Shown here one piece after another: positions 58,693 to 64,000 of a stretch of 64,000 nucleotides of DNA. Location: the NCBI GenBank assembly GCA_036677425.1, contig JARFVT010000012.1, forward strand, positions 20,583-84,582. Reading direction: 5' to 3'. A program made the translations under genes and the position numbers. The notes below the pieces were generated by a model. It saw nothing but the letters and a program-made list of their open reading frames with translations. It ran no database searches and was not told the origin of the DNA. Position 1 is the first letter of the stretch. Every line of letters starts with the position of its first letter. Source of the stretch: Alphaproteobacteria bacterium (lineage in GTDB: Bacteria > Pseudomonadota > Alphaproteobacteria > UBA8366 > Aestuariispiraceae).

Positions 58693-60453
58693 TTATGATT
58701 CAATATATTTTGGGAATTTCATTATAAATTTTGTGCCATAGCCAAGGTTACTTTCAACATCTATTGTCCCATTAAGGTTTTTTTCAACTAAATCACAAAT
58801 AATTGCCATTCCAAGCCCACTACTACCTTTATCACGTTTAGTTGTAAAATATGATTTAAAAATATTTTTTAAAACTTCATCAGCTATGCCTGCGCCATCA
58901 TCACTAAATATAATGTTAAAATTATTATCATCACTAGTAACAATGATTAATATATTACCTTTGGCCATTATATCATTATTATATGCATGAATAAGTGAAT
59001 TTAAAACAAGGTTGGTTATTATTTGCGCCAATGCACCAGGGTCAGTTGTGACCGTTAATTCCGCTGGGCATTCAATCAATATTTTAATATTTTTAAATCT
59101 TTTAGTGCGCGGACATATATTTAGCAAAACCTCGTTTAAATATTCTAATATCTGAAATATTTGAATTTTACGACTAGTAACATCAACGGCAATACGCTTA
59201 AAGCTATGAATCAGTTCTGCGGCATGTTGCAAGTTATTTTTTAAAATTAAAAACCCCTCATTTGCCACATTAAAAAAGTCTAATAAATCAGATTTTTTCA
59301 TTTTTCCATCACATAGCTTTGCTTCCAATTGCCGTAATTTTGTTCGCAATGTGCTGGATATTGTAATTGCAATACCAAGCGGGGTATTGGCCTCATGAGC
59401 AACACCTGCGACCATTTCGCCCAATGCGGCCATTTTATCCACACGCATAAGCGCATCTTGCGCTCCTTCAAGCTCGCTTAGTGCCTTTTCGGCTCTGGTT
59501 TTTGCTGATTGTAGGTTATCTTCAAATTTCTTTCTAACAATTAATGCGCCAATCGCATTGCCATATTGCTCAAATACTTCTAATTCACGCACGGCCCATT
59601 CACGGCTATATTTTTTACTTTCAATGGTAATTATGCCAACCAGTTTTTCTTGAAAAAATAACGGCAAAATTATTATTGATTTTATATTAAAATTTGCCAT
59701 AAATTTGCGTTCCATATCAGCCTCATTTGGCAAATCATTAATTTCTGATATTTCAATTTTTTTAGAATTCAATAATTGTTGATCAAACCACCTCAATCTA
59801 GGTAAATTATTGCCAACTATTCTGTTACTATCTATTATTTCATTTTCTGATGACCAATATAATGTCTCAAATGATGATTCGTTGTTTTTATGTAATTCAT
59901 TAATAATAATAGTATCCAAATTAAAATGCGTACCAATATTTTTTAAACTATCGCGCATAATGCTCTCTGCATTAACCCCTAATAATTGACTAACTATATT
60001 ACTTATTAATTTATTTACTTCGGTTTCATGGGAAATATCAATTTCTGCTTGCTTATATTTTGTTACATCACGAATATCAGCTAATATAAATTTTTCTTTA
60101 TCTAATCCAATATTAAAAAAATTAATACTAGCAACGAACATTTCTCCCGCTTCATTTAAGAAAGCTCGCTCTTGATTTCCAAGCATGACATCTGATTCAG
60201 CATTATTTAATATATTACTAAACTCTTCATCGCTATGGAAAAGTTCGTCCCATATATATTTAAAATATGCATTATTATTTGAATAGTCCGATAAAAATAA
60301 ATTTCTTGCATGTTTTGATAACCATAAAATTTTTTTTCTATCTGGATCAATAATAATAAAAGCAAGCGTAGTATCAATAGAAAATTGTTCAATGAAATCA
60401 AATTTATCTGCTAAACATAAATTAGAATCCTTGTATATATCTTTCTTATTCAT
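58693..60453 (-). CDS. Sensor histidine kinase with PAS and GAF-like N-terminal domains
   Basis: H-box GVAHEANTPLGI, N box ITNLVLNSLIHAY, G boxes DDGAGI and SGLGMAI. Confidence 0.85.
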   Translation of the reverse strand: MNKKDIYKDSNLCLADKFDFIEQFSIDTTLAFIIIDPDRKKILWLSKHARNLFLSDYSNNNAYFKYIWDELFHSDEEFSNILNNAESDVMLGNQERAFLNEAGEMFVASINFFNIGLDKEKFILADIRDVTKYKQAEIDISHETEVNKLISNIVSQLLGVNAESIMRDSLKNIGTHFNLDTIIINELHKNNESSFETLYWSSENEIIDSNRIVGNNLPRLRWFDQQLLNSKKIEISEINDLPNEADMERKFMANFNIKSIIILPLFFQEKLVGIITIESKKYSREWAVRELEVFEQYGNAIGALIVRKKFEDNLQSAKTRAEKALSELEGAQDALMRVDKMAALGEMVAGVAHEANTPLGIAITISSTLRTKLRQLEAKLCDGKMKKSDLLDFFNVANEGFLILKNNLQHAAELIHSFKRIAVDVTSRKIQIFQILEYLNEVLLNICPRTKRFKNIKILIECPAELTVTTDPGALAQIITNLVLNSLIHAYNNDIMAKGNILIIVTSDDNNFNIIFSDDGAGIADEVLKNIFKSYFTTKRDKGSSGLGMAIICDLVEKNLNGTIDVESNLGYGTKFIMKFPKYIES

Positions 60454-60602
60454 TTAGGAAAATTTTCCCTTTTATTATTAAATGCTTTTATAATGATTAT
60501 TTATCAAATCATGGAATTCAAAATTATATAATTAACTATATTACCAAATTAATTAAGTTTATATTAAATTAACCGATTAAAAATATACAGATATATGGTT
60601 TA

Positions 60603-61907
60603 TTAACATATTTTATTGGCTGGATATTTTTTTGGCTTATTTCCACCAGTTACCCAATCAAGCAACTCAACAATATGCACTATTGGTATATCAACGCCCA
60701 TGCTGATTTGGGCTATACATCCAATATTGCCAGTCGCGATAATATCCACATCTACCGATTCAATGGCTTTGACTTTTCGCTCTAATAACTGACGTGATAA
60801 TTTCGGTTGTAATATATTATAACTACCCGCAGATCCACAACATGACTGTCCATCTGGCAGTGTTAGAACATTAAATCCTGCTTTTCTTAATAATTCCTTA
60901 GGCAGGTTAATTATTTTTTGCCCATGCTGCATCGAACAAGGCGAATGATAAGCAATTTTAATATCTTGCGGTTGGGTTACTTCTGGCAGCCCTTGTTCAG
61001 CAATAAATTCTGTAATATCCTTACATATTGCCGATACTCGTTCGGCCATATGGCGCATGTTAGCATCATTGCGAAACATATGACCATAATCCTTAACCAT
61101 TGTGCCACAACCAGAAGCATTGACAATAATTGCATCTAGGCCTTTATCACTATCCATTTCAGCAATCCATGCCTTTATATTTGCAACCGCACTATTATCT
61201 GATTTCTCACCATCACCCATATGATGTGTTAATGCGCCGCAACATCCGGCATTTTCAGGAATAATTACCTCAATTTTCATTTTAGTTAAAATATTAATAG
61301 TTGATTGATTAATATTTGGTGATAATATTTTCTGGGCGCAGCCATTCATAAAGGCGACACGTTTTTTTGCTTGCCCATTAATTAAAAAGCTTTGTGGCTG
61401 GTCAATTTCCAACATTTTTGGCATATGTTTTGGTGCTATATTGGCTATATTTTTTAATTTTTTTGGTAATAAAAAATTAAAAGGCCGTGCAAACCATGCA
61501 CCCCATAACATCCAATAAAATAGTTTATTATTTGGAATGATATATTTTATTAGTCCACGTAAAATACGATCCCCAAGCGGACGTTTATATGTTTTTTCAA
61601 TATACCCACGCGTATAGTCAATTAAACTCATATAATCGACACCAGATGGACATGTAGTAACGCAAGAAAGGCAACTTAAACAACGATCAATATGCTTTAC
61701 AAATTGCGGAGTTGCCGCTTTATCATCCTCTAATATCGACTTTATTTGATATATTCGACCACGAGGACTATCTAATTCATCGCCTAAAATATTATATGTA
61801 GGGCAGGTTGCCAGACAAAAACCACAATGAACGCATTTGCGTAAAATTTCATCAATATCTTTAATTTCTGGGTCGAGCAACTGGACTATAGAAAAATTAG
61901 TTTTCAT
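60603..61907 (-). CDS. glcF: Glycolate oxidase iron-sulfur subunit
   Basis: Two ferredoxin-type clusters (CVHCGFCLATCP, CLSCLSCVTTCP) and two CCG domains. Confidence 0.92.
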   Translation of the reverse strand: MKTNFSIVQLLDPEIKDIDEILRKCVHCGFCLATCPTYNILGDELDSPRGRIYQIKSILEDDKAATPQFVKHIDRCLSCLSCVTTCPSGVDYMSLIDYTRGYIEKTYKRPLGDRILRGLIKYIIPNNKLFYWMLWGAWFARPFNFLLPKKLKNIANIAPKHMPKMLEIDQPQSFLINGQAKKRVAFMNGCAQKILSPNINQSTINILTKMKIEVIIPENAGCCGALTHHMGDGEKSDNSAVANIKAWIAEMDSDKGLDAIIVNASGCGTMVKDYGHMFRNDANMRHMAERVSAICKDITEFIAEQGLPEVTQPQDIKIAYHSPCSMQHGQKIINLPKELLRKAGFNVLTLPDGQSCCGSAGSYNILQPKLSRQLLERKVKAIESVDVDIIATGNIGCIAQISMGVDIPIVHIVELLDWVTGGNKPKKYPANKIC

Positions 61908-61910
61908 AAG

Positions 61911-63161
61911 CTAAACCCCTTTATACATGCGGCCTGGATTAAGAATAGCATGTGGATCAAAATTATTTTTTAATTTTTTAGTCAATTTCATAAGGCCAGA
62001 TTGCGGGGGGTGAAAAATATCAATATTTTGTCGTAATTTTTCACTGCTGCGCATTAACGTTGCATGTCCACCATAACTATTCACTATATCACGTACCAAG
62101 CGTTCTGCACCAACCTTTGGCGCATCAATGGCAATCCAAACAAGCCCGCCACCCCAATCCATATAAGATTGCATCGATTTTAAATGCTTTAATTGATTTA
62201 TTACTTTCCAACCATTTTGCGGCGCACATGATACGCGCCAAACCACCCTATTATCACCTCTTGCAGAAAATGGTTGAACATTACGTATATCGCGCCAAAA
62301 TATATTTGAATTATCCTGATGTAATTCTTCTACCTTACCCATTCTAGTCATCATATCACGCAATTTTTTACAACGATATGCCACCGATTTTTTTTCTCCC
62401 TCAATACGCATAGCGGTTATATGGCCCTTTGTGAAACGCAATATTTCCACATTAGATTTTACTGCAATTTCTTCAGACATCCATGCGGCAGCTGAAATTT
62501 CATTACTGCTATTAAATGCTTGCGTCATTGCCTTGGTGGCTTGTTCTGGTTCTGCACCCAATAATAATATTGTTCTTGTTGTTTCCGGTTTCGGCATGGT
62601 TTTTATGGTAATCTCGCTCATCACACCAAGCGTACCCCAGCTACCTGCCATGATTTTACTTAGATCATATCCAGTAACATTTTTAACCACTCGACCGCCT
62701 GATTTAAATTCTTCGCCGCGACCAGAAATTGCTTTAAATCCTAAAAAATGATCGCGCGCTGCGCCAATTTTAATACGCCTAGGGCCTGATGCATTGGTGG
62801 CAATCATGCCGCCAAGCGTACCTGTTTTTACAATATTACCATCATCGATTATATCATTATTGCCTAATAATTGAGTGTAATTGGCAGGCTCAAATTCTAA
62901 TTCCTGATTTTTATCAGCCAATATTTTTTTTATTTCATCGATCGGCGTGCCACTTGACGCCGTTAATACTAATTCATCGGGTTCATACATATGAATACCG
63001 CAAATTCCCGACATATCAAGAATATATTCATTATCACACATTCGCCCAAGGCGACTTTTTGTCGCAAGCCCCTGCACCGTTAATGGATTTTTTTCAGAAA
63101 TTGCCCATTTGATTATATCAATCAATTGTTGATTATTTTGTGGTTTTAAAATTTCATTCAT
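61911..63161 (-). CDS. glcE: Glycolate oxidase FAD-binding subunit
   Basis: 416-aa FAD_binding_4-type protein located between glcD and glcF. Confidence 0.88.
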   Translation of the reverse strand: MNEILKPQNNQQLIDIIKWAISEKNPLTVQGLATKSRLGRMCDNEYILDMSGICGIHMYEPDELVLTASSGTPIDEIKKILADKNQELEFEPANYTQLLGNNDIIDDGNIVKTGTLGGMIATNASGPRRIKIGAARDHFLGFKAISGRGEEFKSGGRVVKNVTGYDLSKIMAGSWGTLGVMSEITIKTMPKPETTRTILLLGAEPEQATKAMTQAFNSSNEISAAAWMSEEIAVKSNVEILRFTKGHITAMRIEGEKKSVAYRCKKLRDMMTRMGKVEELHQDNSNIFWRDIRNVQPFSARGDNRVVWRVSCAPQNGWKVINQLKHLKSMQSYMDWGGGLVWIAIDAPKVGAERLVRDIVNSYGGHATLMRSSEKLRQNIDIFHPPQSGLMKLTKKLKNNFDPHAILNPGRMYKGV

Positions 63162-63179
63162 TGACTTTTACGATCGTAA

Positions 63180-64000
63180 TTAGAAACGGGGAATATCTGG
63201 AAATGGTATTTTTCCGCGCTTAACATGCATATGACCAAGTTCTGCACAGCGATATAATTGTGGGAAGACCTTACCTGGATTTAATAATAAATTTTCATCA
63301 AAAACACATTTAACCCGTTGTTGTTGTTTTAAATCTATCTCATTAAACATGACATTCATTAAATCGCGTTTTTCAACACCAACACCATGTTCACCTGTTA
63401 GAACACCGCCAACATCAACACAAAGCCGCAATATATCTGCACCGAATTCTTCAACTTTTTGCAATTGTCCTATAATATTTGCATCATATAAAATAAGAGG
63501 GTGTAAATTACCATCACCGGCATGAAAAACATTGGCGACCCTAAGGTCATATTTTTGTGATAATTTTTGTATCTCCGACAGAACAAATGGCATTTTACCG
63601 CGTGGAATAGTACCATCCATACATAAATAATCTGGCGATATGCGTCCAATAGCAGGAAAGGCTGCTTTACGCCCAGCCCAAAATTTTACCCGTTCTTCTT
63701 CACTGTTTGATATTTTATTTGAGGTCGCACCATTATCTTTGGCAATCTTTATAATAACATCTGCCAAATGATCAACTTCAACCACAGGACCGTCTAATTC
63801 TATTATCAATAATGCTTCGCAATCAAGTGGATAGCCCGCATGAATAAAATCTTCGACCGCATGAATGGCTAATTTATCCATCATTTCCATGCCAGCAGGA
63901 ATAATACCATGGGAAATAATTGCCCCAACACAATTGCTTGCATCTTCGTTTGATAAAAAACCTAATAATAACGCCCTGCTGCTTGCTGGTTTTTTTAATA
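63180..64000 (-). CDS. glcD: Glycolate oxidase subunit GlcD, C-terminal part (gene continues beyond the right window edge)
   Basis: The frame stays open upstream of the track ATG to base 64000 (...AIISHGIIPAGMEMMDKLAIHAVEDF...). It also has FHAGDGNLHPLI and LTGEHGVGVEKR motifs. Confidence 0.92.
   Translation of the reverse strand, partial: LKKPASSRALLLGFLSNEDASNCVGAIISHGIIPAGMEMMDKLAIHAVEDFIHAGYPLDCEALLIIELDGPVVEVDHLADVIIKIAKDNGATSNKISNSEEERVKFWAGRKAAFPAIGRISPDYLCMDGTIPRGKMPFVLSEIQKLSQKYDLRVANVFHAGDGNLHPLILYDANIIGQLQKVEEFGADILRLCVDVGGVLTGEHGVGVEKRDLMNVMFNEIDLKQQQRVKCVFDENLLLNPGKVFPQLYRCAELGHMHVKRGKIPFPDIPRF

Noticed and set aside
1-64000. I searched for CRISPR arrays, rRNA genes and further tRNA genes.
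   Set aside because: The only tandem repeats are 2 x 16 bp (13141-13172), 2.4 x 24 bp within coding sequence (21482-21538), a hexanucleotide SSR and (TA)5. None has a repeat-spacer architecture. T-arm-like GTTCGAATC/GTTCGATTC motifs occur only at the tRNA-Ser gene and the tRNA-Thr fragment.

Overview
The window is a visibly AT-rich bacterial chromosome segment. Protein similarities suggest an alphaproteobacterium, but this is from memory of family motifs and nothing was searched. About 15.4-64 kb is mostly housekeeping: tRNA-Ser, pheST, rplT/rpmI, rnhA, thrB, ispH, a tandem glycine riboswitch with gcvT-gcvH-gcvP, a GntR-controlled sugar or sugar-acid locus with an ABC importer, recX, argD-argF-hslO, yciB, ubiX, pyk, a PAS/GAF histidine kinase and glcDEF. 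The left ~15 kb is accessory and decaying. It holds an intact IS3-family (IS407-like) element with a 4-bp target duplication inside a Sel1-repeat gene. It also holds the 3' half of a tRNA-Thr-like gene (probable att scar), an MFS gene with an in-frame TAA, a frameshifted SNase-like nuclease gene, a LivM-like permease gene with an in-frame TAATAA, an ORF pair split at a (TA)5 tract, and short gene remnants next to tRNA-Ser. The most unusual locus is 29.3-33.2 kb. It is a compact six-gene T7/BPP-1-like head module (intact portal, Bbp19-like protein with an (HN)5 repeat, scaffold-like protein plus a short paralog). It has no capsid, terminase, tail or integrase gene and sits between gcvP and an SDR gene. 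Other items worth a look are a ~100-nt GC-rich cloverleaf-like element at 7.0-7.1 kb that pairs better on the minus strand, a 24-bp tandem repeat that duplicates the rnhA start codon, and several candidate operators and intra-operon hairpins. I found no CRISPR array, no rRNA and no recognisable defence system. All family assignments come from motif recognition in the supplied translations and my own hand translation.
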